Source: Treponemataceae bacterium (lineage in GTDB: Bacteria > Spirochaetota > Spirochaetia > Treponematales > Rectinemataceae). Taken from it: DNA of 64,000 nucleotides. Shown in pieces: positions 11,558 through 22,265 of the stretch (position 1 is the stretch's first letter; each line of letters starts with the position of its first letter). Under the pieces are notes generated by a model, which saw only the letters and a program-made list of their open reading frames with translations, was not told the origin of the DNA and made no database searches. The position numbers were made by a program, and so were the translations under genes. The stretch is taken from assembly GCA_963678065.2 (NCBI GenBank), contig CAXXVZ010000005.1:864001-928000 (forward strand), written 5' to 3'.

Positions 11558-11968
11558 TTATCCTCTATATACCTTTATCTTCCCATGTTTTTCCATATTT
11601 TCAAAATCACTATCGTTATGCAGTACTGGTACTTTGGCCATATTTGCATACGTAGCTATTAGGCAATCATATGGTTTTCGTATCGTTACGCCTTTTTTTC
11701 TCAATCCTCTATACAGATCTATTGCATTTTTTGTCACTTCAAGAATATCAAAATCCAACATATGATAACTTTCCATAATCTCTTTCATATCTTTATACAC
11801 TTTTTCTTCTCGTATACCCTGTAAGATCTCTTGATATATTATAGGACATAGAATTATTTTCTGATTATTGAGTAACAGATCATGCAGCATATCTACTTCA
11901 GGTAGTGCTTCTTTAGTTTCACCAAAATATTCTATCCAGACTGACGTATCGACTACTACTCCTGTCAT
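11558..11968 (-). CDS. vapC: VapC PIN toxin
   Basis: 136 aa; VVDTSVWIEYF, EILQG, TIRKPYDCLIA, HNDSDF. Confidence 0.9.
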   Translation of the reverse strand: MTGVVVDTSVWIEYFGETKEALPEVDMLHDLLLNNQKIILCPIIYQEILQGIREEKVYKDMKEIMESYHMLDFDILEVTKNAIDLYRGLRKKGVTIRKPYDCLIATYANMAKVPVLHNDSDFENMEKHGKIKVYRG

Positions 11969-12159
11969 CTCATTGTTCTCATTTCTTCAAGATTTCCTTC
12001 CCAAATATTTTTTCCTCGATACTTTATTATTCTTTTCCGAGTATATGCCCGAATATATTCTTCAAGAGCCAGGTTGATAATAGCTTTTTTTGTTGTCACG
12101 CCACTAAGGTCCATAGCTTCCTTAACGAGAGTATCATCAAGTTCAATATTGGTTCTCAT
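11965..12159 (-). CDS. vapB: VapB antitoxin
   Basis: MRTNIELDDTLVKEAM; GGAGG RBS before ATG 12159. Confidence 0.88.
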   Translation of the reverse strand: MRTNIELDDTLVKEAMDLSGVTTKKAIINLALEEYIRAYTRKRIIKYRGKNIWEGNLEEMRTMR

Positions 12160-12440
12160 ACTAATCCTCCATACACATTTTATATATAATACATACACAT
12201 ACATGAGTCAAGACTTTAGTAAGTACATTTACAGGATAACACTATATTCAATCTGATCTCGCGCAGCAATATTGCCGCTAACGTTTGCCTGCCTACGACG
12301 TTGTGGCGAGCATCGGCGAGCCACAATGTGCCTGAGCGGAATGAGCGACAGCGAGTGAAGCGATGGCCGAAGAAGGAGCCGCAGGCGACTGATGAGCGTG
12401 GGCAGCGCTGTTAGGCGCAGTTCGAAAACATATTTTCAGA

Positions 12441-13292
12441 TTAATTGATTTCTATTTCAGCATTTATCCTATCAATTTCATATCTAATTAATTTAATATC
12501 GTCTTCTATTTTTGATATTTCAAAATCTTTTGGTATATTATAATTATTTTTATTATCAATAAGAGATGTTGTTAACAATATACTTTTAATCATTCTTGTT
12601 TTCATTTTGTTAATTATCTTTTCATATTCCATACTATCTATAATAATAAAATACTCAATAACCGAATTAACTTCTTTATACCATTTATCGAATTTTTTGC
12701 GTTCAAATTCAATAATATCATCAAAATCTTTAGTTGATATATATTTGAGATCAATTTTAGTACATACAATTTCACAATCAATCCTAAAGCGTAAGAAATC
12801 TAGTTCAATGTTTTTTTGAATTAATGTTTTAGTGTTTATATTCAATTTTATCAACAAATCATATATTTTATTTGACAATGAATCATCACCAATATCTTTA
12901 TAGTATTTTTTTATTGCTCTGCATCTCAATATTTCTTCTCTTGTTTGTTTCCACAATATGTTAGCTTTATTTAATAATGTATTGTAATTATTTTTGGGGG
13001 AATAATAGTATTTTTTTCTAGTATCTTCAGAATATTCAACGTTTTTATAAACGTATCCACAAAAATCACAACATTGTTGATTGTCATTTAAAAATGAAAA
13101 GCAAACTTTACATACTTTTATTTTAATATTATTTGGTATATACTTTTCAACTGTAATAGTTGGTATTGGCAGTTTTTCATTGCTTTTAATATTGATAGAA
13201 TCAGTCTTATTTATCCAGTATTTTATAAATGAATATATAATTATTAATATAGTTATAAAAGCAACCATTTTATTCATACTCCTGGTTTTCAT
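12441..13292 (-). CDS. Hypothetical protein with N-terminal TM helix and possible zinc ribbon
   Basis: 283 aa; CKVC...CDFCG. Confidence 0.7.
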   Translation of the reverse strand: MKTRSMNKMVAFITILIIIYSFIKYWINKTDSINIKSNEKLPIPTITVEKYIPNNIKIKVCKVCFSFLNDNQQCCDFCGYVYKNVEYSEDTRKKYYYSPKNNYNTLLNKANILWKQTREEILRCRAIKKYYKDIGDDSLSNKIYDLLIKLNINTKTLIQKNIELDFLRFRIDCEIVCTKIDLKYISTKDFDDIIEFERKKFDKWYKEVNSVIEYFIIIDSMEYEKIINKMKTRMIKSILLTTSLIDNKNNYNIPKDFEISKIEDDIKLIRYEIDRINAEIEIN

Positions 13293-13305
13293 GTTTTCGT
13301 ATTGC

Positions 13306-13562
13306 GCCTAACGTTTTGCCTGTTTGCGACGATGGCGCGAGCATCGGCGAGCGCCATTGTGCCTGAGCGGAATGAGCGCATGCGAGTGCAGCGAGGGCCG
13401 AAGAGGGAGCTTGCGACCGATGAGCGTGAACAGCGCTGTTAGTTGCAGTCGTGACCTTCGAGCGCGCTTGGATGGGGAGACTTGTCTCCTCATCCAATGC
13501 TATATCTTGCGCGCGTTCTTCTCTTCCTCTTCTCTTAACCCTTATTTTTTTTTCACGATTGC
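13306..13562 (-). repeat. SNC, 1 copy
   Basis: Same unit. Confidence 0.9.
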
Positions 13563-13755
13563 AACTAACGTTTGCCTGCCTACGACGTTGTGGCGAGCAT
13601 CGGCGAGCCACAATGTGCCTGAGCGCAATGAGCGATAGCGAGTGAAGCGAATGGCCGAAGAAGGAGCCGCAGGCGACTGATGAGCGTGGGCAGCGCTGTT
13701 AGGCGACGTGTTGTTTTGCGTCTTTTTAACTATTGTACAAATTTCATTTTTCTTA

Positions 13756-14817
13756 TTAATTTGAAGCAGTTGTTATGTTTCTATTTTTTTGCATAAATAA
13801 TTTTTCAACATTTTTCAATATCATCATTGGTAATTCTTTTATTAAAATATAATCATCTTTATTGTTCATAATGTAATCATCGTACATCATCATGTTTCTA
13901 TTATTCATTAATAATTCTTTAAATAAATAATAAACTTCTTTTGAATCTGTATCCGAATTATCATCGCAACTGTTAACTAAGTAATTACCTTCTTCATATA
14001 CCCACGGTAAAACTTCTTTATAAAAACTTAATCCTATCCTAATGCTTAATCTAGGATTTTCATTCATATGCATCATTTCTTCAATCATTCCAGGATGCAT
14101 TCGCCGTCTTCTCATTTTATTCTCATTATATGATATTTTATCTAACCTTGATGGAAGATCTTTGAACATTATTTTTATTTCTTCAAATAATTTTACAGAG
14201 GTATTTTCAATATCATTAACAACCATGTCCGTGGTTGTGGTTTTTGTTTTGCTTGTTGAGTCTAGTTTTTTAAGTATTTCTTGTATACTTGTCTTAAATT
14301 TTCCTACTTGGAATTTTATTGTGTCTTTATCAGGTTCAGAATTTGGGATTCTATTAACTAATTGAAAAACAAGTTTTGTTAATGAATCCTCATCATCAGC
14401 GCAGTTTTGAAACTGTGCGAATGGACCCGATGAAACATCTTTTAATTCAACACCCAGTGCAACCCCAAGAATTGGGGTGTCCAGCTTTCCTTTTGCCATA
14501 CCTGCTTCAAATAGTAGCCATGGTCTATCAATACTTCGTTTAGTTAATAAACATACCACATCTGAAGCACATTGAATGTTTTTTATAATTTCCGGATACC
14601 ATTCAATCCCATATTCAATTCCTTGATTTCCCTTTTTATCAGATGAGCGAAATGATTTTAAAACCCCAGCACTAACACTCTTTAATAGAGCACTAAAAGC
14701 TTCAGCTAATTCTGCATCTCTAGTGTCATGACTAATAAAAACTAAAGGATTAGTAGCTTTTGTCGTTGCAACTTCTTTTTCTTCATTACCCACAACATAC
14801 CCCTTGTTATTATTCAA
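13756..14817 (-). CDS. TIR domain-containing protein
   Basis: 353 aa; VFISHDTRD and SIDRPWLLFEAG, the latter with the typical catalytic Glu. Confidence 0.8.
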   Translation of the reverse strand: MNNNKGYVVGNEEKEVATTKATNPLVFISHDTRDAELAEAFSALLKSVSAGVLKSFRSSDKKGNQGIEYGIEWYPEIIKNIQCASDVVCLLTKRSIDRPWLLFEAGMAKGKLDTPILGVALGVELKDVSSGPFAQFQNCADDEDSLTKLVFQLVNRIPNSEPDKDTIKFQVGKFKTSIQEILKKLDSTSKTKTTTTDMVVNDIENTSVKLFEEIKIMFKDLPSRLDKISYNENKMRRRRMHPGMIEEMMHMNENPRLSIRIGLSFYKEVLPWVYEEGNYLVNSCDDNSDTDSKEVYYLFKELLMNNRNMMMYDDYIMNNKDDYILIKELPMMILKNVEKLFMQKNRNITTASN

Positions 14818-15122
14818 TCTTCGACTGCCGAAGGTGTAAACCTAACGGTATTTATCTTGATACAGATAAACTGATTTATAAAATATTTAATAAAATAGAA
14901 AAACATGAAAGTTTCATTCAACCCGTCAGATATTAATTTTACAAAGACCTCGCAAAACAATATGTCGCCTAACGTTTGCCTGCCTACGACGTTGTGGCGA
15001 GCATTGGCGAGCCACAATGTGCCTGAGCGGAATGAGCGTATGCGAGTGAAGCGAAGGCCGAAGAAGGAGCCGACAGGCGACTGATGAGCGTGGGCAGCGC
15101 TGTTAGCTGATGTTGCGCCTCT

Positions 15123-15536
15123 TCAATTCTTTTGATCCATCTTTTCCGTTATATCTTCATGTACTCTCTCGATATGCCTACCAAGGTTACTTAGTGTGAT
15201 TACCTTCTCATCTTTTGTCACTATTCGTAGTACTTTCCCTATCCTTTCAACATTTTTTATGTCTCTATACCGAATTGTATCTGGATCGTAATACCCTTCT
15301 TTTGATGCATGAATGTGTATCTTTTCAGGATCCGATGCATAGAGTAGACTATGTTTCTTCATATGAGCATATGCTAAATAGCTCATAATCAGAACAATAC
15401 CCTCCATTCCCATCGAATACGCCCATGTCATCCGTTGTAGAATGAGTTGCCCTATTGGCATGATTGATAGCACAAAACAGCGCGCAAGTGATTCTGCCAT
15501 GTAATGCGTTCGTATCTCCATCAGCGCTCCACACAT
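15123..15536 (-). CDS. Small membrane protein, hypothetical
   Basis: Two hydrophobic segments; start probably at MEIRTH. Confidence 0.6.
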   Translation of the reverse strand: MCGALMEIRTHYMAESLARCFVLSIMPIGQLILQRMTWAYSMGMEGIVLIMSYLAYAHMKKHSLLYASDPEKIHIHASKEGYYDPDTIRYRDIKNVERIGKVLRIVTKDEKVITLSNLGRHIERVHEDITEKMDQKN

Positions 15537-15558
15537 CTATTGGTTTTGAATACTGCGT

Positions 15559-16041
15559 TTATACTTCCGCAAATGCTACTATGTAATTGTGTCCATATTT
15601 CTTTGCACACTTCGGGCATGTTGTGTAGTAAAAATAATACTTTTTTGCAGCCTTTCCATTTCTCCTTACGTACTGCTCCATCTCTTCCATATACTTTGGT
15701 ACATTTTGATATGGTCCGTCGAACACCTTACTCATGTACGTTCCTGTCATTTTCACGACTGCTGCTTCGGTATGTTCCTTTGTAACAGACATGTATAGCT
15801 CTGATTTCCATGGGGTAGGATCATATGCCAATAGAAGAAAGTCTTTCATATCGGGTGCGATAGCAAGTTTTTGTGCCTTTTCCCACATACGAGTAATTGC
15901 TTTATTCAGTACTCCGGGAAGCGGCATATGGAATAGTTGGGGTATTGTTTCAGTAAGAAATAGTTTATCGTTCCATTCATGCGTTACTTCGTTCCACGGT
16001 TTTGGATCAAATACGGGGCAGCACTCTTTTTCTTCTGACAT
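15559..16041 (-). CDS. Conserved putative hydrolase / GyrI-like small protein
   Basis: MSEEKECCPVFDPKPW...YFYYTTCPKCAKKYGHNY; GGAGG RBS. Confidence 0.7.
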   Translation of the reverse strand: MSEEKECCPVFDPKPWNEVTHEWNDKLFLTETIPQLFHMPLPGVLNKAITRMWEKAQKLAIAPDMKDFLLLAYDPTPWKSELYMSVTKEHTEAAVVKMTGTYMSKVFDGPYQNVPKYMEEMEQYVRRNGKAAKKYYFYYTTCPKCAKKYGHNYIVAFAEV

Positions 16042-16111
16042 AGTATCTTCCCTCCTATAACTGCATTCTCTATTCTCTAGCATAGTCCCTTTCTTTTCTT
16101 GGCGCAATTTC

Positions 16112-16370
16112 AGCTAACGTTCTGCCTGTTTGCGACGATGGCGTGAGCATCGGCGAGCGCCATTGTGCCTGAGCGGAATGAGCGCATGCGAGTGCAGCGA
16201 ATGGCCGAAGAGGGAGCCTGCGACCGATGAGCGTGAACAGCGCTGTTAGTTGCAGTCGTGACCTTCGAGCGCGCTTGGATGGGGAGACTTGTCTCCTCAT
16301 CCAATACTCTATCTTGCGCGCGTTCTTCTCTTCCTCTTCTCTTACCCTTATTTTTCTCTTTCACGATTGC
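16112..16370 (-). repeat. SNC, 1 copy
   Basis: Same unit. Confidence 0.9.
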
Positions 16371-16502
16371 AACTAACGTTTCCGGCCTGCGACGTTTTGG
16401 CCCGCATCGGCGGGACAAAATGTGTCTGAATGGAACGAGCGTATGCGAGTGGAATGAAGGCCGAAGAAGGAGCCAAAGGCGACTGATGAGCGTGGGCCGC
16501 GG

Positions 16503-17039
16503 TGTTATCTGCTTTGTTTTTGGGGCTCATCCATTTTCTTCTCTTCATTTAAAAACTTTTCTTTCTTACTTCTTCAATCTTGCCCTTATATCCTATATTT
16601 ATATACTTTATACAGATATCGAATATTTTAATTATCTATATTATAGTTATTTAGTAGTTTTTCTCATCAAATATTTTATTATTATATTTTAAGTCCATGA
16701 TTTTATGTAACAAGTATATATTACAGTATTAGCCAATACTATAAATTTCAATATTTATAATTTTCACCCAACAAAAAGATCAGCTTTGAAAGGTCCTTGT
16801 CTTCTCCTGGAATCCCATATTCAAGAATCCCATATTCAAGAATCCCATATTCAAGAATCCCATATTCAAGATTTTTAACTTCATGATCCCTAACATTTCA
16901 GAAACTATATATTTTCCCAAGAGATTAATACTGTATTAACAAAATATCTGGAATCTATGATTCTAGTTTTTAACAATTTGTCGTCATTCAGAATAACAAG
17001 GTTCAACAAAAGATCCGCCCCAAAAATATTGCAGATAAC
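16503..17039 (-). other. Long gene-less cassette, family L2
   Basis: ~535 bp AT-rich stretch with no credible ORF. Confidence 0.7.
16810..16869. repeat. Tandem repeat, 4 x 15 bp GAATCCCATATTCAA
   Basis: Four perfect copies read directly. Confidence 0.95.
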
Positions 17040-17290
17040 GTTTCCGGCCTGCGACGTTTTGTCCCGCATCGGCGGGACAAAATGTGCCTGAATGAAACGA
17101 GCGCATGCGAGTGCAATGAAGGCCGAAGAAGGAGCCACAGGCGACTGATGAGCGTGGGCAGTGCTGTTAGTTGCAGTCGTGACCTTCAAGCGCGCTTGGA
17201 TGGGGAGACTTGTCTCTCCATCCAATACTCTATCTTGCGCGCGTTCTTCTCTTCCTCTTTTCTTACCCTTATTTTTTCTTTCACGATTGC
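17033..17290 (-). repeat. SNC, 1 copy with a non-cognate attC
   Basis: SNC body at 17175-17288, but its attC is of the general subtype. Confidence 0.85.
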
Positions 17291-17424
17291 AACTAACGTA
17301 TGCCTGCCTACGACGTTTTGGCCCGCATCGGCGGGACAAAATGTGCTTGAGCGAAACGAGCGAATGCGAGTGAAGTGAAAGCCGAAGAAGGAGCCGAAGG
17401 CGACTGATGAGCGTGGGCAGCGCT

Positions 17425-17562
17425 GTTATATGCTGTCGCGATCTTGGTTTAGCGCACTGAAAGATGGTGGCTGGATGCCACCATTTTTCAAGGAACATCC
17501 TGTGCGCGTTCTTTCTTTATCTCCTCTTCACTTTAGATACATTCCTCGCGATTGCATATAAC
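17425..17562 (-). other. Diverged small gene-less cassette, structural homolog of SNC
   Basis: Same order of stems, 11 nt linker and pyrimidine tract as SNC, with a different sequence. Confidence 0.8.
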
Positions 17563-17811
17563 GTTCTGCCTGTTTGCGACGATGGCGCGAGCATCGGCGA
17601 GCGCCATTGTGCCTGAGCGGAATGAGCAAAGCGAGTGCAGCGATGGCCGAAGAGGGAGCCTGCGACCGATGAGCGTGAACAGCGCTGTTAGTTGCAGTCG
17701 TGACCTTCGAGCGCGCTTGGATGGGGAGACTTGTCTCCCCATCCAATACTATATCTTGCGCGCGTTCTTCTCTTCCTCTTCTCTTACCCTTATTTTTTCT
17801 TTCACGATTGC
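17556..17811 (-). repeat. SNC, 1 copy
   Basis: Same unit. Confidence 0.9.
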
Positions 17812-18373
17812 AACTAACGTATGCCTGCCTACGACGTTGTGGCGAGCATCGGCGAGCCACAATGTGCCTGAGCGGAATGAGCGCATGCGAGTGGAGTGAA
17901 GGCCGAAGAAGGAGCCGAAGGCGACTGATGAGCGTGGGCAGTGCTGTTAGGCGTAGTTATTTCCATCTTCATTCATTTATTCTACCCTATTCAATTCTCT
18001 TTTATCACGATTTTGAAATATTCTATCAGTGACAATACATCAGGTACAGAGAATACTGCCTTCTCTATTCTATTGTTCCTCGGATCTATTTCATATCCGT
18101 GGGCTTTATAAAATGATGCTTTTCGTAGATCTGCATTATGAAAAAGCGTTGTTCGGAAAAAGCTTCCTGTAAAGTCGGATTCAACAAGATAAGTATTCTG
18201 AAACGCACAATCTACTAGTTCACAGTGTACGAATTTACTTTTTTTCATTGATACATCAGTAAAGTTACAGGCAACTATCCTACATTCATCGAAATCCATA
18301 TCAAATGTTGTTTGATCACAATAGTAATAGTTTATACCTAATACTTTACTTTTAACAAACCTTACCCCTATAA

Positions 18374-20100
18374 CCTGGATTCCCGGGAATTTATACCCAC
18401 AATTCAATAAAGCATTGTAATTACAGTAAATAATTGGTGACAGCAATCTAAATGGGGTATAATATATACCCCATGGAGGATTGTATGCCACAAGGAACAC
18501 AAGTCATCCATGGTGTTGAATATGTTTACGAATATGATTCAAAGCGAATCGCTGAAAAGAACTACAACACGCACAAAAGACACTACATCGGGAAAATGGT
18601 AGATGGTATCTTTGTTCCCACTAAAAACTACCAACTTCAGCAAGCACTCGAGCGGGCAACGTCAATTTCTCCTGGCCCTGTTTCTTCGGTGCTTCATACC
18701 CGAAACTTTTTCGGAGCAACCTATCTGTTTGATGCAATCGGAGAAAAGCTGGGGATAACTGGTGATCTCTGTGTTTGTTTTCCTGATCTCTGGAAACAGA
18801 TACTCTCTATTGCATACTTTTTGATTCTGGAAGACAGGAACTCCATAAGCCGTTTCCCGCGATGGGCTGTACATCATGCGCACCCCTATGGGAACTCGAT
18901 ACCCTCCCAAAGGTCCAGCGAGTTATTCGCCTGTATTGATGAGGACGCCAGGCGACGGTTTTTTCTCAAGCAGGCAAATCGAAGACTCGAGACTGAATAT
19001 CTTGCCTACGATATCACTTCTATTTCTTCGTATTCTCGACTGCTTTCCCAGGTTCGCTATGGCAGGAATAAGGATCATGATCCTTTACCCCAAATCAATT
19101 TGGCGATGCTCTACGGTGATACTTCAAGACTACCGGTTTATTATCGTACATTGCCCGGTAACATCGCCGATGTCACGACGATTCGTACGCTCCTTACTGA
19201 CATTGATCTTCTCAAGCTGGGCAAAGTCAAGTTGGTTTTGGATCGAGGGTTCTACAGCGAAGAGAATATCAACACCCTGTACCATCATCACTATAAGTTC
19301 CTGATAGCAGTTCCAAAGCACTTACGGTTGATTCAGGATGTCCTTGATGATGTTCGAATGTCTATGCGCACGAGAGCCTGTTACTCAAGCCGGTACAGGA
19401 TCAATACATACTCACGGACTATCGAATGGTCATACCATCATCGAAAACCTCGTTCAGGGGATCTGGATGAAGGATCAAGGAGGCTGTATCTCCATCTGTT
19501 CTTCAATGACCAACGGGCAGTGGATGATAAGGCTGCGTTCAATACCCTTTTAGACACGCTTGAAACGGAACTGTATTCCGGAAAACTTGATCCTGAACAT
19601 GAAAAGCTCTATCGGAAATATTTCGAGTACGCTGCAACGCCTGTTCGCGGCATGCAGGTAACACCAATTCAATCTTCAATCGACGAAGCTGAAAAAAACT
19701 ACGGCTATTTTGCTCTCATATCGAATGACATAAAGGATCCTTTGGAAGCGCTTAGAATTTATCGATCTAAGGATCTGATTGAAAAGGCTTTCGGAAATCT
19801 CAAAGAGCGGCTTAACCTGCGCAGAACATCGGTGTCTTCAGAAGAAAACCTCGAGGGCAAGCTCTTTGTCCAATTCATCGCGCTTATGTATCTCTCATAC
19901 ATCGATAAGATGATGGATGAACAGAATCTATATAAGGACTATACGTTACACGAACTTCTTGATGAACTCGATGTGATTGAATGTTTTGGCCATCCTGGTC
20001 GTAGACTTCAAATCGGTGAAATCACTAAGAAACAAACTGAGCTATTTACGAAGTTAGACGTTCCCGTTCCTCTTGGGGTATAAATTCATGGGAATTCAGG
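18374..20100 (+). mobile_element. IS1634-family insertion sequence
   Basis: Left IR CCTGGATTCCCGGGAATTTATACCC, right IR GGGTATAAATTCATGGGAATTCAGG; 6 bp TSD CTATAA at 18368-18373 and 20101-20106. Confidence 0.9.
18485..20083 (+). CDS. IS1634-family DDE transposase
   Basis: YDITSISSYS, YGRNKD, LVLDRGFYS, YRSKDLIEKAF; GGAGG RBS before ATG 18485. Confidence 0.9.
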   Translation: MPQGTQVIHGVEYVYEYDSKRIAEKNYNTHKRHYIGKMVDGIFVPTKNYQLQQALERATSISPGPVSSVLHTRNFFGATYLFDAIGEKLGITGDLCVCFPDLWKQILSIAYFLILEDRNSISRFPRWAVHHAHPYGNSIPSQRSSELFACIDEDARRRFFLKQANRRLETEYLAYDITSISSYSRLLSQVRYGRNKDHDPLPQINLAMLYGDTSRLPVYYRTLPGNIADVTTIRTLLTDIDLLKLGKVKLVLDRGFYSEENINTLYHHHYKFLIAVPKHLRLIQDVLDDVRMSMRTRACYSSRYRINTYSRTIEWSYHHRKPRSGDLDEGSRRLYLHLFFNDQRAVDDKAAFNTLLDTLETELYSGKLDPEHEKLYRKYFEYAATPVRGMQVTPIQSSIDEAEKNYGYFALISNDIKDPLEALRIYRSKDLIEKAFGNLKERLNLRRTSVSSEENLEGKLFVQFIALMYLSYIDKMMDEQNLYKDYTLHELLDELDVIECFGHPGRRLQIGEITKKQTELFTKLDVPVPLGV

Positions 20101-20566
20101 CTATAAATCGTGCCTTGTTGATTTTTGAATTACTGATGTTACACGTATCAAACACACAGTTTTCAAATTGACTTCCAATCAATATCGTTTCAGTGAAATT
20201 GCAGTCAATAAACTGGCATTCAGTAAATTCCTTATGTGCCAATTCTATACCGGTAAAATTGATACCTTTGAATTCTTTGCCTTCATAGTGAGATTCAAGA
20301 AACCCATTCATGATGGTTATAGTATCCTATTCATATACTCTACACTATAGATTCTCTGGAAATAATTACGCCTAACGTTTCCGGCCTACGACGTTTGCGA
20401 CCGCATCGGCGGGCGCAAATGTGCCTGAATGGAACGAGCGTATGCGAGTGAAATGAAGGCCGAAGAAGGAGCCAAAGGCGACTGATGAGCGTGGGCCGTG
20501 TTGTTATCTGATGTTTGAACGCGCTCTTCTCTTCCATCTTCCCATTTTTAAAACCTTTCTTTCTCT

Positions 20567-21148
20567 TCATTTCTTCATTTCAAATTTTTCAATTCCTATT
20601 TTCATTTCCTTATTTTTAACCCATTCTTCTTCCAAAATTCCAAATACCATATCGTCTTTCCATTCATTTTGTATCAAAATACTTTTTACAAAATATCCCT
20701 CATTTCTGAACCCAAGATCTTTCAATAATCGTATTGATGCTGTATTGTCTGGATCTACTGACGCAATAACCCTGTGTTTTTTCAAGGATGTAAATATATA
20801 GTCTATAATTGCTTGAACGGATTCTTTTCCAAATCCCTTATGGTGATCCTTTTGCCCTATTGTATACCCAATCTCACATTGTTGATTTTCTGGATCTATA
20901 AAATGAATCCCACTATCTCCAATAATTGTATCTTCATAATAGATCCCGATCTGAAACCATGTATTCACAACATTGAAGAAAAGTGTGTTATTTTTAATGA
21001 ATGATTCCACATCATTGATGGATGTAGGTTTGAAGGACTGAAACTCCATACTTGAAGGATCAGATCGGTATTCAAACATTTTCAAAGAATCTTCCAGAAC
21101 TATATCTTTCAAAACCAAACGGTTTGTCAGAATGTTAATATAGCCCAT
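20567..21148 (-). CDS. GNAT N-acetyltransferase (RimJ/RimL-like)
   Basis: 193 aa; TNRLVL, CEIGYT, KGFGKE, NTASIRLL; paralog of 39860-40405. Confidence 0.9.
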   Translation of the reverse strand: MGYINILTNRLVLKDIVLEDSLKMFEYRSDPSSMEFQSFKPTSINDVESFIKNNTLFFNVVNTWFQIGIYYEDTIIGDSGIHFIDPENQQCEIGYTIGQKDHHKGFGKESVQAIIDYIFTSLKKHRVIASVDPDNTASIRLLKDLGFRNEGYFVKSILIQNEWKDDMVFGILEEEWVKNKEMKIGIEKFEMKK

Positions 21149-21632
21149 TGTTTTTTCCCTGATCTCGCGCGTTCAAATTTCAGATAACGTTCGCCTGCCT
21201 ACGACGTTGTGGCGAGCATCGGCGAGCCACAATGTGCCTGAATGGAACGAGCGCATGCGAGTGGAGTGAAGGCCGAAGAAGGAGCCGACAGGCGACTGAT
21301 GAGCGTGGGCAGTGCTGTTAGCTGCTGTTGCGTACCCTCTTCGCCTGAACCAAGGACGGCGAAGGCGATTCATACTATGTATCAGAATCTTACCATATTC
21401 CAATCTATCATTCTTTTCTCTAAATTTTCATTTTCTTTATTTGCTTCTATTTCTAATATAGAGCTTGAACACTTATCTGCAGATAACATTACTTATGTAT
21501 CTTTCCATCAATCATTTTTGATATTTCGACATTTGTATTCCAACGACCATTTCTCATCGTTATTGATTTTGCAGATATCTGATGTCCATTATACTCCATC
21601 GTTCTATCAACTCTTAATGCAGTATTTAAATA

Positions 21633-22067
21633 CTACTTCAATGTGTTTGTCTTTTTATAATAGATTATCTCAGGATCATTATAGTCAAGATTATTTATAA
21701 CACCGGATTCAACATAACCATTTTTGTGTAGCATCATTTTCATTGGATAATTACTAGAATTCGTTGAAGTAAATACTTCTCCAGTATTTTCAAATGACTC
21801 AAAATATTTGATTAGTTTATCTCCCAATCCTTTCCTTTGATGATCCTTATGAATAATCAATTGATTAATAAATCTCTTTCCAAAGAAATGAGTAGAAAAT
21901 ATAAGAAATCCTTGAATCTTTTCATTTTCAAGAATAACTAAACATTGTTTGCTATTAATGGATTCTAAAATATCACTTCGCCCATTGAATGAACCAATAA
22001 CAGAATAATCAACATCACAAATTTCTGAGATATCTTCATTTTGGGCTAGTTTTATGACATATTCCAC
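21633..22067 (-). CDS. GNAT N-acetyltransferase
   Basis: HQRKGLG, FTSTNSSN; probable GTG start at 22067 after AAAGGA. Confidence 0.85.
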   Translation of the reverse strand: MEYVIKLAQNEDISEICDVDYSVIGSFNGRSDILESINSKQCLVILENEKIQGFLIFSTHFFGKRFINQLIIHKDHQRKGLGDKLIKYFESFENTGEVFTSTNSSNYPMKMMLHKNGYVESGVINNLDYNDPEIIYYKKTNTLK

Positions 22068-22265
22068 ACCAATTCCTTTATTGTTGTGCGCCAGAACGTG
22101 TGCGTTTTGGGCAGTTGGGTACGCAATAGCAGCTAACGTTCGCCTGCCTACGACGTTGTGGCGAGCATCGGCGAGCCACAATGTGCCTGAATGGAGCGAG
22201 CGCATGCGAGTGCAATGAAGGCCGAAGAAGGAGCCGATAGGCGACTGATGAGCGTGGGCAGTGCT

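Larger units (their letters stand above)
17991..20311 (-). pseudogene. Pentapeptide repeat protein interrupted by an IS1634-family element
   Basis: Removing 18374-20100 and one CTATAA restores a 195 aa frame (...KARFIGVRFVKS...). Confidence 0.9.

Noticed and set aside
21323..21630. Possible decayed gene downstream of the GNAT
   Set aside because: No continuous minus-strand frame or recognisable motif, so no call can be supported.
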